DNA of 64,000 bases from an uncultured Actinomycetes bacterium (GTDB lineage: Bacteria; Actinomycetota; Thermoleophilia; UBA2241). Positions 1 through 10,223 of the stretch are shown piece by piece. Position 1 is the stretch's first letter. Each line of letters begins with the position of its first letter. Where the stretch lies: assembly GCA_963725665.1 (NCBI GenBank), contig CAVRZA010000003.1, positions 224,001-288,000 on the forward strand. Reading direction: 5' to 3'. The notes under the pieces are model-generated. The model had not been told where the DNA came from and searched no databases. It saw only the letters and a program-made list of their open reading frames with translations. Both the position numbers and the translations under genes were made by a program.

Positions 1-348
1 GTCGGGCGCATGGTCGACGCCGTCACGCTGGGCGCGAACGAGGTCGGGGTCGACGTGACGACGACCGTGATCGACGAGTACCGGAGCTTCTCGCTCCCTC
101 CCGAAGCCCTGCCGGTGCGTATCGCGCAGGAGGCTCTGCGGCAGGTAGGCATCGAGCCGCGCCTCGCAGCGACGGGCGGCGGCTCCGACGTCAACGTCTA
201 CAACGAGAAGGGCCTGCCCAGCGTGAACCTGAGCGTGGGTATGGAGAAGGTGCACACGCACGACGAGTACCTGCCGGTCGAGCGGCTCGAGCAGGCGTAC
301 GAGGTCGCGCGGGCCCTCGTGCGCGTCGCCGGCGCCACGGCTCTCTGA
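1..348 (+). CDS. M20 family peptidase (PepT-like), C-terminal part
   Basis: GGGSDVN and GMEKVHTHDEY motifs; truncated at window edge. Confidence 0.8.
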   Translation, partial: VGRMVDAVTLGANEVGVDVTTTVIDEYRSFSLPPEALPVRIAQEALRQVGIEPRLAATGGGSDVNVYNEKGLPSVNLSVGMEKVHTHDEYLPVERLEQAYEVARALVRVAGATAL

Positions 349-358
349 GGCGCCCCCC

Positions 359-1318
359 GTGTCCGGCCGAGACCTCATCCCCTGCTCCGACCCCGCCCTC
401 GCCGACTTCCTCGAGCACCTCGAGTTCGAGCGTACCTTGAGTCCCCACACCGTGAGCGCGTACCGGCACGACCTGGAGTCGTTCGTCGGTTTTCTCGCTG
501 CTCTCGGCCGCGAGCCTGCGACCTACCGCGAGGGCGACGTGCGCTCGTACTTCGACGGTCCCGGCGGCGACGGATCGGCGAGCAGCGTGGCCCGGCGCAT
601 GGCCGCGGTGCGCGGCTTCTGCCGCTTCCTCGTGCGCGAGGACAGACTCGAGCGCGACCCATCGGCTGGACTCAGGACGCCGAAACGCCCGCAGGCGCTG
701 CCTGAGGTGCTCTCGGTCGACGAGGTCGAGGCACTCATCGCGCGTGCGGCCCTTCCCGGTGATCTGGGACAGCGTGACCTGGCTCTGATCGAGCTGCTCT
801 ACGGCTGCGGCTTGCGCGCCTCCGAGATCGTCACCCTCCGCCTCGCCGACGTCGATCTCGAAGCTGGCCTGCTGCGCTGCGTTGGCAAGGGCGACAAGGA
901 GCGGGTGGTCCCCATCGGCAGCCACGCGGCGGCCGCCGTGCGCCGCTACGTCGGCGGCGGCCGCCGCGTCCTCCTTCGCGGGCGCCGCCGCGACGAGCTC
1001 TTCGTGAACGCGCGCGGCGCTCCCCTCACGCGGCAGGGACTGCACTACCTCGTGCGACGTTTCGTGGAGCGCGCGGCCCTCGACCGCCACGTGAGCCCGC
1101 ACAGCTTCCGTCACTCGTTCGCCACCCACCTGCTGGCCGCCGGCGCCGACTTGCGCAGCGTGCAGGAGATGCTCGGGCACGCCGATGTGGCCACGACGCA
1201 GATCTACACGCACGTGACGGTGGAGCATCTGCGCGAGACCTACTTCGCCACCCATCCGCGGGCGCGCAGGCGGGGGCCGGGGCCCGAGGTGACGTCGGAC
1301 CGGGAGGCGACGCCGTGA
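359..1318 (+). CDS. xerD: Tyrosine recombinase XerD
   Basis: LYGCGLRASE, GKGDKER, PHSFRHSFATHLL, QEMLGH, TTQIYTH; xerD-deoB-pnp context. Confidence 0.9.
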   Translation: MSGRDLIPCSDPALADFLEHLEFERTLSPHTVSAYRHDLESFVGFLAALGREPATYREGDVRSYFDGPGGDGSASSVARRMAAVRGFCRFLVREDRLERDPSAGLRTPKRPQALPEVLSVDEVEALIARAALPGDLGQRDLALIELLYGCGLRASEIVTLRLADVDLEAGLLRCVGKGDKERVVPIGSHAAAAVRRYVGGGRRVLLRGRRRDELFVNARGAPLTRQGLHYLVRRFVERAALDRHVSPHSFRHSFATHLLAAGADLRSVQEMLGHADVATTQIYTHVTVEHLRETYFATHPRARRRGPGPEVTSDREATP

Positions 1319-2451
1319 GCAAGGCTTTCGTCTGTGTGCTCGATGGTGTCGGTGCCGGGGAGCTGCCGGACGCGGCGGCCTTCGGCGATGCCGGCGCCAA
1401 CACCCTGCTGCACACGCTGCAGCGCACGCGCGTCGCGCTGCCCAACCTCGGCACCCTGGGCCTCGGCGAGGCCGTGGGCTACCCCCTCGGTCCTGCCCGC
1501 TCCGACGCGACCTTCGGGCGCCTGCTTGAAAGGGCGCCCGGCAAGGACACGACCACCGGGCACTGGGAGATGATGGGGCTCGTCCTGGAGCATGCCTTCC
1601 CGACCTACCCGCACGGCTTCCCGCCGGAGGTCGTCGAGCCGTTCGAGGCCGCCGTCGGTCGCCGCGTGCTGGGCAACAAGCCGGCCTCGGGCACCGGCAT
1701 CATCGACGAGCTCGGCGCCGAGCACATCGCCACCGGCAGGCCGATCCTCTACACGTCGGCCGACTCCGTGTTCCAGCTCGCCTGCCACGAGGAGGTCGTC
1801 TCCGTCGTGCAGCTCTACGACTGGTGCCTCGCGGCGCGCGGCCTGCTGGCCGGGCGGCACGGCGTCGGGCGGGTCATCGCCAGGCCCTTCGTGGGCCGCC
1901 CCGGCGCCTTCGAGCGCACGCGCAACCGGCGCGACTTCTCGCTGCCGCCGTCGGGGCCGACCTACCTCGACCTGCTGGCCGAGCGCGGCGTGCCGGTCGT
2001 CGGCGTGGGCAAGATCGGCGAGATCTTCACCATGCGCGGCATCGGGGAGAGCCATCACATGGAGTCCAACGGCGACGGATTACGCCAGAGTTTGAGCCTC
2101 CTACGCCGGCTCGAGCATGGGTTCCTCTACACCAACCTGGTCGACTTCGACATGATCTGGGGTCACCGCAACGACGTCGAGGGCTTCGCCGCCGGCCTCG
2201 CCGAGGTCGATAGCTTCGTGCCCGAGCTTGTCGCCGCGCTGGGGGCGGATGATCTGCTCATCTTCTGCGCCGACCACGGCGTCGACCCGACGACCGAGGG
2301 TTACGACCACACACGGGAGTACTCGCCTCTGGCGGCGCTCGGCCTCGGGGGCGGACGCTACGACGGGCTGCTCGAGGACGTCGGCGCGACGGTCTTCCAG
2401 CGCCTCGTGGGGGAGCAGCCGCCGCTCATCGGCTCGGTCATCGGCTCATGA
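1315..2451 (+). CDS. deoB: Phosphopentomutase
   Basis: VLDGVGAGELPDA, GKDTTTGHWE, YTSADSVFQ, NLVDFD, GHRND, DHTREY. Confidence 0.95.
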   Translation: MSKAFVCVLDGVGAGELPDAAAFGDAGANTLLHTLQRTRVALPNLGTLGLGEAVGYPLGPARSDATFGRLLERAPGKDTTTGHWEMMGLVLEHAFPTYPHGFPPEVVEPFEAAVGRRVLGNKPASGTGIIDELGAEHIATGRPILYTSADSVFQLACHEEVVSVVQLYDWCLAARGLLAGRHGVGRVIARPFVGRPGAFERTRNRRDFSLPPSGPTYLDLLAERGVPVVGVGKIGEIFTMRGIGESHHMESNGDGLRQSLSLLRRLEHGFLYTNLVDFDMIWGHRNDVEGFAAGLAEVDSFVPELVAALGADDLLIFCADHGVDPTTEGYDHTREYSPLAALGLGGGRYDGLLEDVGATVFQRLVGEQPPLIGSVIGS

Positions 2452-3203
2452 CGAGTGACGTCGCCGACGGAGCGACGGTCCGCGCGCTCGTGTCGGGTGA
2501 AGGGATCGCGGCCCACAGCGCGGTCGTCTTCGGCTCGGGGCTCGCCGTGGTGCCCGCCGGCGCAGACGTCGACGGCGAGCTCGACTACGCTGCTCTGGGA
2601 TGGCCGGAGCTCGGGGTCGAGGGGCACGCGGGCCGGCTTGTCGTGGTGACGCTCCAGGGCAAGCGCGTGTTGCTCGCTTGCGGGCGACCGCACCTCTATG
2701 AGGGCTGGTCGAGCGAGGAACTGGCGCGACCCGTATCCGATCTCGCCTCGTGGGGGGTCCGCCGCCTGCTGGTGACGAACGCCTGCGGGGGCTTGAGCGC
2801 GCGCACGCCGCCGGGCTCGGTGGTGGTCGTCGATGAGGTGGTCGACCTGCAAGAAGCGCCGGCGGTTGAGCCAGAGGTGCTGCCGGCGTCGAGCCCGGCG
2901 TGGGCCGCGCGCTGTGTGGAGCGGCTGGCGCCGTGGTTCCCCGTGGTGCGCGGGCGCTACGTCGCCGTACCGGGCCCGCAGTTCGAGACCGCGGCCGAGG
3001 CGCGCTGGCTGGCGGGCTACGGCGACGCCGTCGGCATGTCGACGGCGCCCGAGGTGCGCGCGGCGCGCGAGCACGGCCTTGAGATGGCCGTGCTCGCGCT
3101 GGTAGTCAATCGCTCGGGCGCTTCCGTGGGGCACGACGAGGTCCTCGTGGCGGCGCGTGGGATGGCCGCGCGGCTGCGCGAGGCCCTCCCGGCGATCCTG
3201 TAG
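2448..3203 (+). CDS. Purine nucleoside phosphorylase (trimeric type)
   Basis: FGSGL, VEGHAG, GRPHLYEG, TNACGG, GPQFET, VGMST. Confidence 0.85.
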   Translation: MTSDVADGATVRALVSGEGIAAHSAVVFGSGLAVVPAGADVDGELDYAALGWPELGVEGHAGRLVVVTLQGKRVLLACGRPHLYEGWSSEELARPVSDLASWGVRRLLVTNACGGLSARTPPGSVVVVDEVVDLQEAPAVEPEVLPASSPAWAARCVERLAPWFPVVRGRYVAVPGPQFETAAEARWLAGYGDAVGMSTAPEVRAAREHGLEMAVLALVVNRSGASVGHDEVLVAARGMAARLREALPAIL

Positions 3204-3264
3204 GCGGGTCCGGGTTCCAGGGCCGGAGAGGCGCGAGGAGTCGAGGGAAGAAGCGGAGGCCGGG

Positions 3265-4587
3265 TTGGACGTGGTGCGCGACATCATCGCCTTCAAGCGT
3301 GACGGCGGCGAGCTCGACGAAGAGAAGCTCGCCGCCTTCGTGCGCGGCGTCGTCGACGGCTCGATCGCCACCTATCAGGCAAGCGCCCTCCTCATGGCGA
3401 TCGTCCTGCGCGGCTTCAGCCGCGGCGAGACGATCGCTCTTGCGCACGCCATGGTGGCCAGCGGCAAGACTCTCGACCTCTCGGCCGTGCGCCGCCCTGT
3501 GCTCGACAAGCACTCGAGCGGGGGCGTGGGCGACAAGGTGACGCTCGCCCTGGCGCCGCTGGTCGCCGCCTGCGGCGGCGTCTTCGGCAAGATGTCGGGC
3601 CGCGGCCTCGGGCACACCGGCGGCACGCTCGACAAGCTGGAGTCGATCCCGGGCTTCCGCGTGCAGCTCTCGCAGGGCGAGTTCCTCCATCAGCTCGAGC
3701 GCATCGGCGTCGCCGTCACGGCGCAGAGCGAGCGCATCGTGCCCGCCGACCGCATCCTGTACGCGCTGCGCGACGTCACGGCCACGGTCGAGAACGACGG
3801 TCTCATCGCGGCCAGCATCATGGCGAAGAAGATCGCCACCGGCACGGCGGCCATCGTGCTCGACCTCAAGGTGGGCCGCGGGGCCTTCATGCGCGACCTC
3901 GAGCAGGCGCAGGACCTCGCCGGGCTGTGCGCCGCCGTCGGCGCCTTCTATGGGCGGCCGGTCACCTCGTTCTTCACCGCCATGGACGCGCCGCTCGGCC
4001 TCGCCGTCGGCAACCGGCTCGAGGTCGAGGAGGCCTGGCAGGTGCTCAACGACGGTGGACCGCCCGATGTGCGCGAGCTCGTGCTCACCCTCGCCGGCGC
4101 GCTGCTCGCTCTCTCGGACCTGGGTCTCACCGAGGAGGAAGGGCGAGCGCGCGCGGAGCGCGCGCTCGCCCAGGGCGCCGCGGCGGAGGTCTTCCAGCGC
4201 TGGTGCGCCTCGCAGGGCGGGACCTGGCGCAGGGGCGACGGTCACCACCTCGGCGCCGCGGAGGCGCGTGCAGAGCGCGACGGGTACGTGACCAAGGTCG
4301 ACGCGTTGCTGGTCGGGCGGGCGGCCCAGGCGGCGGGTGCCGGCCGCCAACGCGTCGACGACGTCATCGACCACGCGGCCGGCGTCGTGCTTGCGCACAA
4401 GCCCGGCGACGCGGTCGATGCCGGTGAGCTGCTGGCGACCGCCTACGCCCGCGAGACGGCGCGCAGGCGGGCGGCCGGTGCGCTGCTTGCGCAGGCGTTC
4501 AACGTCGGCGGCGACGCGCCGGAGCCGGCCCCGCTCGTGCTCGGGAGGATGCGGCACGAAGCGGCGTCCGGCGTCGACGGGGAGTGA
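3265..4587 (+). CDS. pdp: Pyrimidine-nucleoside/thymidine phosphorylase
   Basis: KRDG, DKHSSGGVGDK, KMSGRGLGHTGGTLDKLE; TTG start after GGAGG. Confidence 0.92.
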   Translation: MDVVRDIIAFKRDGGELDEEKLAAFVRGVVDGSIATYQASALLMAIVLRGFSRGETIALAHAMVASGKTLDLSAVRRPVLDKHSSGGVGDKVTLALAPLVAACGGVFGKMSGRGLGHTGGTLDKLESIPGFRVQLSQGEFLHQLERIGVAVTAQSERIVPADRILYALRDVTATVENDGLIAASIMAKKIATGTAAIVLDLKVGRGAFMRDLEQAQDLAGLCAAVGAFYGRPVTSFFTAMDAPLGLAVGNRLEVEEAWQVLNDGGPPDVRELVLTLAGALLALSDLGLTEEEGRARAERALAQGAAAEVFQRWCASQGGTWRRGDGHHLGAAEARAERDGYVTKVDALLVGRAAQAAGAGRQRVDDVIDHAAGVVLAHKPGDAVDAGELLATAYARETARRRAAGALLAQAFNVGGDAPEPAPLVLGRMRHEAASGVDGE

Positions 4588-4629
4588 GCGTGCGGCCCGA
4601 CGGTGGTAGCGGCAGGGGGCGGGCCGGCG

Positions 4630-4998
4630 TCAGCCCGACGTGTCGACGCGTCCGCTGTGATCGCGCCGGCGGCTGCGGGCATCGGCCAGGGTGATGACGG
4701 CCGCAGGCGTGCCGGAGGCTTCGGCTTGCGTCTCGTCGCGCTGCGCCGAGCCTCCGCGTCGGTGTCTCAGGAGACGCGCGCCCAGCCTGCCGCCCACGAG
4801 CTGGCCGGCGACGCAGGCGCTGACCGTGAACGGGATGAAGGTGTACGAGTAACCGGCCGCCATGCGCAGCAGGAAGATGAACGGGATGGGCACGTGGATG
4901 GAGAGGAACCACCATAGCGAGTATCTGCGTGTCGTGATGCGCCACACGCCGAAGGGCAGCGTGATCGCAAAGACGGCGGCTATGAGGGCAAAGGCCAT
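4630..4998 (-). CDS. Small hypothetical membrane protein
   Basis: About 3 hydrophobic segments (LPFGVWR, WFLSIHVPIPF). Confidence 0.65.
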   Translation of the reverse strand: MAFALIAAVFAITLPFGVWRITTRRYSLWWFLSIHVPIPFIFLLRMAAGYSYTFIPFTVSACVAGQLVGGRLGARLLRHRRGGSAQRDETQAEASGTPAAVITLADARSRRRDHSGRVDTSG

Positions 4999-5216
4999 GG
5001 GTCAGAGGGATCGGTCGTGGGGACGCATCGACGACAGTATAGCGGACTTAGGCAGTCCGGTACTCGGCCGCCCGTTTCTCCGGGTGCGCTGGTGACCGGC
5101 CAAGGCCTCTGCGCTGGCGGCGGGCGGCGCGTCTCGCGCCGCCGGCCGCCCGGATGTCTCCGTCGACCCCCTGGCCCAGCCACACGGGCGGTCACGGTCA
5201 GCGCTAAGGAGGCGAC

Positions 5217-5786
5217 GTGCGCGTCGTAGGGGGCGCGTGGCGCGGCCGAGCGCTCAAAGCGCCACCCGGCCGCGCCACGCGCCCCACTTCCGACAAGGTG
5301 CGCGAGGCCGTCTTCGACGTACTCGAGTCGCTCCTGCGCGAGGAGGCCGCAGGGTGGGACGGCCAAGCGGTGCTCGACCTCTTCGCCGGCAGCGGCGCCC
5401 TGGGCATCGAGGCGCTCAGCCGTGGCGCGCCGCGCTGCACCTTCGTCGAGCGCGCGCGGCCGGTGCTGAGCGCCCTGCGCGAGAACCTGGCGCGCGTCGG
5501 CGGCGACGAGGCACGAGCGCGCCTCGTCGCCGCCGACGCGCGCCAGGCCCTGCAGGCTGACGCTGCCGACGCAACTGTGTATACTCTCGTCCTCGTGGAC
5601 CCGCCCTATGCCCGGTACGCCGCGGTCGAGCGGGACCTCGCCCGGCTCCTTCCGCGCGTGCTTGCGCCGGGTGCGCTCATCGTTGTCGAGACGGCGGCAG
5701 GACAGGCCGTGGATCTTCCCTGGAGGGAGAGGAGAGTGAAGGTGTACGGGGACACGAAAGTAGTCTTCCTCGAGGCCGACGCCTGA
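5217..5786 (+). CDS. rsmD: 16S rRNA m2G966 methyltransferase
   Basis: RPTSDKVREAVF, LDLFAGSGALGIEALSRGA, DPPY. Confidence 0.95.
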   Translation: MRVVGGAWRGRALKAPPGRATRPTSDKVREAVFDVLESLLREEAAGWDGQAVLDLFAGSGALGIEALSRGAPRCTFVERARPVLSALRENLARVGGDEARARLVAADARQALQADAADATVYTLVLVDPPYARYAAVERDLARLLPRVLAPGALIVVETAAGQAVDLPWRERRVKVYGDTKVVFLEADA

Positions 5787-6283
5787 TGCCGCAGGACGCC
5801 ACCGCTATCTGTCCGGGCACCTTCGATCCCGTCACCGTCGGTCACATCGACATCATCACTCGCGGCGCGCAGACTTTCCGCACTGTGGTCGTCGGGCTCA
5901 TCGAGACGCCGCTGCGTAAGCAGCCCCTCTTCAGCGCCGACGAGCGCGAGCAGTTCCTGCGTCAAGCGCTCGCGCATCTGCCCAACGTCGAGGTCGAGCG
6001 CTTCAACACGCTCGTCGTCGAGTTCGCCCACAAGTGGAAGGCGGGCGCCATCCTCAAGGGTCTGCGGGCCATCTCGGACTTCGAGTATGAGTTCGCCATG
6101 GCGCAGATGAATAGGAAGCTGGCCCCCGACATCGAAACTATCTACATGATGGCATCCCCCGAATACAGCTACCTGAGCTCGAGCGGGGTGAAGGAGATCG
6201 CCACCTTCGGCGGCTCCGTCGCGGACCTCGTGCCGCCGATCGTCGCGAGCCGCTTCGCCGAGCTGTTCCCGAGGGAGGGCTAA
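5786..6283 (+). CDS. coaD: Phosphopantetheine adenylyltransferase
   Basis: PGTFDPVTVGH, GLRAISDFEYE, LSSS. Confidence 0.96.
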   Translation: MPQDATAICPGTFDPVTVGHIDIITRGAQTFRTVVVGLIETPLRKQPLFSADEREQFLRQALAHLPNVEVERFNTLVVEFAHKWKAGAILKGLRAISDFEYEFAMAQMNRKLAPDIETIYMMASPEYSYLSSSGVKEIATFGGSVADLVPPIVASRFAELFPREG

Positions 6284-6310
6284 AAGGGCCCGCCAGGAGG
6301 TGCTCGACGA

Positions 6311-6772
6311 ATGGACGTCCTCGTACTGATCGACAAGCTCGACGACTTGATCCACAACGCGCGCTCTGTGCCCCTCACCGACAGCGTGATGCTCGACCGT
6401 GAGGAGATCTACGATCTGCTCGACCAGATGCGTTCGACCATCCCCGAGGAGATCAAGCAGGCGCGCTGGATCGTCAAGGAGCGCCAGGAGATGCTGGCTG
6501 AAGCCAAGACGGAGGCCGAACGCATCCAGGCCGAGGCGCAGGAGAAGGCCGAGCAGGCCGCCAGCGAGACCGAGGTCGTGCGCCTGGCGGAGAAGAACGC
6601 GCAGAAGATCATCGAGGACGCGCGCGACCGTGAGCGCGAGATCAGGCTCGGCGCCGAAGACTACGCCGACGAAGTCCTCAACAACCTCGAGGTGAATCTC
6701 GAGAAGTTCCTCGCCGCCGTGCGGCGCGGCCGCGAGCGGCTGCAGGGCCGCGAGGAAGAGGCGCAGATCTAG
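6311..6772 (+). CDS. Conserved coiled-coil protein (ATP synthase b/DivIVA-like) of the coaD-yceD locus
   Basis: IPEEIKQARWIVKER, GAEDYADEVL; conserved position. Confidence 0.75.
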   Translation: MDVLVLIDKLDDLIHNARSVPLTDSVMLDREEIYDLLDQMRSTIPEEIKQARWIVKERQEMLAEAKTEAERIQAEAQEKAEQAASETEVVRLAEKNAQKIIEDARDREREIRLGAEDYADEVLNNLEVNLEKFLAAVRRGRERLQGREEEAQI

Positions 6773-6814
6773 CGTCGGCGTTTCTCCCCGTACGCTACCG
6801 GGAAGCCGTTCGTC

Positions 6815-7279
6815 ATGCGACGGTTCGATCTGCGTTCCCTGTCGTTCGGCCGTTCCGACCAGGCCGCGTGCCGTCTGCCGGTCGAGCTCGATCCCCTCGT
6901 CCTCGGCGGCGAGCGCTACGCAGTGCCCGGCGATCGGGTCGACCTCTCGCTCGCGGCCTCACGCGTGGGCGCGAAGCTCGTGTTGCAGGGAGCCTTCTCG
7001 GCCCGGCTCCACGGCGCCTGCGCCCGCTGTCTCGGCGACGTCGACCTGGCTCTCGACGTGGGCGGGACCGAGTACGTGGCCGACGGCGAGTCCCAGGGAG
7101 TGGAGGAGGGGGAGGAGGCCTACGTGCGTGGCTTCCAGCTCCAGGCGGACCGCTGGGCCCGCGACCTGCTCGCCGACGCTCTGCCGGCGCGGCTCCTCTG
7201 CCGCGAGGACTGCCGCGGCCTGTGCCCCGTGTGCGGAGCGGACCTGAACGAGGCCGGTGAGGCGCACGGTCACGAGTGA
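6815..7279 (+). CDS. yceD: YceD/DUF177 family protein
   Basis: CARCL, LCREDCRGLCPVCG; upstream of rpmF. Confidence 0.85.
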   Translation: MRRFDLRSLSFGRSDQAACRLPVELDPLVLGGERYAVPGDRVDLSLAASRVGAKLVLQGAFSARLHGACARCLGDVDLALDVGGTEYVADGESQGVEEGEEAYVRGFQLQADRWARDLLADALPARLLCREDCRGLCPVCGADLNEAGEAHGHE

Positions 7280-7355
7280 CGACGCTGGCCGGTCGGTGGA
7301 CGCGGAGCGACCGCTTCGGCTATACTCCCGCGTTTGCAGCCCACGAGGAGACGAG

Positions 7356-7538
7356 ATGCCCGTTCCCAAAAGGAAGACGTCGCAGAGGAAACGCGACCAG
7401 CGGCGCGCGCAGCAGAAGCTGGACGCCGCGCAGCTCAGCTACTGTCCGCAGTGTCACAGCCCCAAGCTGCCTCACCGCGTCTGCCCCAAGTGCGGCACCT
7501 ACAAGGGGCGCGAGATCATCCCCATGGAGCAGAAGTAG
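7356..7538 (+). CDS. rpmF: 50S ribosomal protein L32
   Basis: MPVPKRKTS, CPQC, PHRVCPKCGTY. Confidence 0.97.
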   Translation: MPVPKRKTSQRKRDQRRAQQKLDAAQLSYCPQCHSPKLPHRVCPKCGTYKGREIIPMEQK

Positions 7539-7640
7539 GGTCCTCCGCACTTCGCTGCTGATATCCTGTACGCGGGGCCGCTCGACCCCGGGGTGACGCC
7601 GGCGGGCGACGGCGCCCGCAACCGAACCGGGTGTGGTGTG

Positions 7641-8702
7641 ATGAGATCTGTCTACGTGGCCTCGACGGAGGGTAGCGGAGGCAAGACCACCCTCTCGCTC
7701 GGTCTCGCCCTGGCTCTTCGTCACCGCGGCATCGCCGCAGGCTACTTCAAGCCCGTCGGTCTCCTGCCCCAGCGGACCGATACCCACCTCGTCGACGAGG
7801 ACGCGGCCTTCGCGGCCGGGCTCCTCGGTCTCGACGACGCGCTGGAGGACATCTGCCCCGTCGTCCTCGACGAGCGAGCGCTGCACGACGTGCTCACCGG
7901 TTCCGACGTCGACGCCATGGCGCGCGTCGAGGCCGCCTTCAGGCGCGTGAGCGAAGGCAAGGACATGGTCGTCTGCGAGGGTCTGGGTGAGATCTGGCAG
8001 GGACGCTTTCTGCGTACCAGCGGCGCCGACGTGGTGCAGCAGCTCGATCTCAAGGCGCTCCTCGTGGCCAAGTTCGCCGGCGCGCGCCTGCTCGACGACA
8101 TCGCCTACGTGAAGGACGGCCTGCGGGCGCGCCTGTTGGGAGTGATCTTCAACATGGTGCCGGAGGCGCGGCTGGCCGTTGTCGAGAACGAGTACAAGCC
8201 GTATCTCTACGGGCAAGGCATCGCGACCTACGGTGTGATCCTCACCGACAAGCGCCTGCTCGCCGTGACGGTGGGCGAGGTCGCCCACGCGCTCGAGGGG
8301 ACCTACGTGTGTGGCGAGGAGTACGAACACGCCCTCGTCGAGAGCTACATGATCGGCGCCATGAGCCCCGAGCACGCGCTGCGCTTCTTCGAGAAGGAGG
8401 ACCACAAGGCCGTCATCGTCGGCGGCGACCGTGCCGAGCTGATCCTGGCCGCACTCGAGACGGCGACGGCGGTCGTCGTGCTCACCGGCGACTACGTGCC
8501 CAGCCCGGCGGTGCTGAGCCGCGCCGAGGAGCTCGGCGTGCCGATGATATCGGTCGCCTTCGACACGGTGACGGCGGCTGAGGGCGTGCGCCGTCTCTTT
8601 GGCCGCCTGCGCGTGAACGACCCGGCCAAGATCGACCTGGTGGCGCGTATCGTCGCGGAACGCGTCGACCTCACACGGCTGATCAGCGATCTCGGCAAAT
8701 GA
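7641..8702 (+). CDS. Phosphotransacetylase N-terminal-like (BioD-like P-loop + DRTGG) protein
   Basis: GSGGKT, GYFKPVG, IGAMS, VGGDR, VLTG. Confidence 0.8.
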   Translation: MRSVYVASTEGSGGKTTLSLGLALALRHRGIAAGYFKPVGLLPQRTDTHLVDEDAAFAAGLLGLDDALEDICPVVLDERALHDVLTGSDVDAMARVEAAFRRVSEGKDMVVCEGLGEIWQGRFLRTSGADVVQQLDLKALLVAKFAGARLLDDIAYVKDGLRARLLGVIFNMVPEARLAVVENEYKPYLYGQGIATYGVILTDKRLLAVTVGEVAHALEGTYVCGEEYEHALVESYMIGAMSPEHALRFFEKEDHKAVIVGGDRAELILAALETATAVVVLTGDYVPSPAVLSRAEELGVPMISVAFDTVTAAEGVRRLFGRLRVNDPAKIDLVARIVAERVDLTRLISDLGK

Positions 8703-9805
8703 GCCGCGACGAGCTCCTGACGCCTCATGAGGTACACGAGCGCCTGACACGCGTTGCCAGTGACGTGACGGTCACCGTGGCGCTCGACGCGGCCGGTGGC
8801 GACAACGCGCCCGCCGAGGTCGTGAAGGGCGCCCTCGCCGTCGTCGGCGAGCGTCTGCGCGTGCTCCTCGTCGGTCCCGAAGAGAAGCTGCGCTCCCTGT
8901 CCGGCGTGTCGGGCAACCCGTTCATCGACATCGTGCACGCGCCCGATCTCATCGGCGCCAGCGACGAGCCGACCAAGGCGGTGCGCGGCAAGCCCGACTC
9001 CTCGCTCGTTGTGGCCGCAAGGCTGGTGGCCGAAGGCAGGGCAGACGCCTGCGTCTCGGCCGGCAACACGGGGGCGGTCGTCGTCGCCGGGCTCCTCCAC
9101 GTGCGGCGCATGAAGGGCGTCCTGCGACCGGCGATCTGCCAGCTGATGCCGGCGGTGCCTCTGCCCGTGGTACTGCTCGACGTCGGTGCCAACGCCGAGG
9201 TGCGGCCCGAGCACCTGCGTCAGTTCGCCGTCATGGGTCAGGTCTTCGCTAGCGAGGTGGTAGGCCTGCCAGACCCCCAGGTCGGACTCCTTTCGATCGG
9301 CGAGGAGCCGACCAAGGGGACGCCGGTCGTGATCGAGGCGCACAGGCTCTTGAGCGACGATCCCGCGGTCAACTTCTACGGCAACGTCGAGGGCTACGAC
9401 ATCATGGCGCGCGTCGTCGATGTGATCGTGACTGACGGCTTCAGTGGCAACGTGGCCTTGAAGGTGACGGAGGGCACGGCGAGGGTGATCCTCACGGAGA
9501 TCCGCAGCGCCGTGACTGGGTCCTGGCGAGCCAAGGTGGGAGCCTTGATCATGGCTCCCGACCTGCGCCGCATCCGCTCGGCGCTCGACCCCGAGGACTA
9601 CGGCGGCTCGTACCTCCTGGGTCTCAACGCCCCCGTCGTGATCGCCCACGGCAACTCACGTGCGCGCGGCATCGGCAACGCCGTAAGGACGGCGTCGCGG
9701 GCGGTGACGAGCAGCCTTCTACAGACGATCGCCGAACGGCTCGCCACTGCCGGTGCCGTTGCCAACGCCGAGCCGGCAGCGAGCGAGGTCGAGAGCCCCT
9801 CATGA
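8699..9805 (+). CDS. plsX: Phosphate acyltransferase PlsX
   Basis: ALDAAGGDNAP, SAGNTGA, LDVGANA, GNVEG, TDGFSGN. Confidence 0.95.
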   Translation: MSRDELLTPHEVHERLTRVASDVTVTVALDAAGGDNAPAEVVKGALAVVGERLRVLLVGPEEKLRSLSGVSGNPFIDIVHAPDLIGASDEPTKAVRGKPDSSLVVAARLVAEGRADACVSAGNTGAVVVAGLLHVRRMKGVLRPAICQLMPAVPLPVVLLDVGANAEVRPEHLRQFAVMGQVFASEVVGLPDPQVGLLSIGEEPTKGTPVVIEAHRLLSDDPAVNFYGNVEGYDIMARVVDVIVTDGFSGNVALKVTEGTARVILTEIRSAVTGSWRAKVGALIMAPDLRRIRSALDPEDYGGSYLLGLNAPVVIAHGNSRARGIGNAVRTASRAVTSSLLQTIAERLATAGAVANAEPAASEVESPS

Positions 9806-9947
9806 CGCCGCAGGGAGAGCCGCGACGGCCCTGGCGGCCGCGCGGGACAAGTCGCGTGATGGACATCGTAGCCTCACGACCGTGCGCCTGTTGCCCCTCC
9901 AGGGTTTCTGGTACAGTTACGCGCACACTCAAGGCCGGAGGTAGTCG

Positions 9948-10190
9948 ATGACGAGAGAAGAGATCTTCGAGCAGGTCAAGGTCATCCTGGTCGATACGCT
10001 GAGCGTTGACGAGGACAAGGTGACGATGGACGCTCGCTTCCAGGAAGACCTGGAGACCGATTCGCTCGATCTCGTGGAGCTCGTCATGACGATGGAGGAG
10101 AAGTTCGGCATCAAGATCACGGATGAGGAAGCGGCTGAGATCAAGACAGTCGGCGACGCCGTCGACTTCGTCCAGAAGCGCATCTCCTAG
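9948..10190 (+). CDS. acpP: Acyl carrier protein
   Basis: [10 protein letters not shown] attachment motif. Confidence 0.96.
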   Translation: MTREEIFEQVKVILVDTLSVDEDKVTMDARFQEDLETDSLDLVELVMTMEEKFGIKITDEEAAEIKTVGDAVDFVQKRIS

Positions 10191-10223
10191 TCCTCGGGCC
10201 CATGGGGAAGGGGGTCGCCTCCC

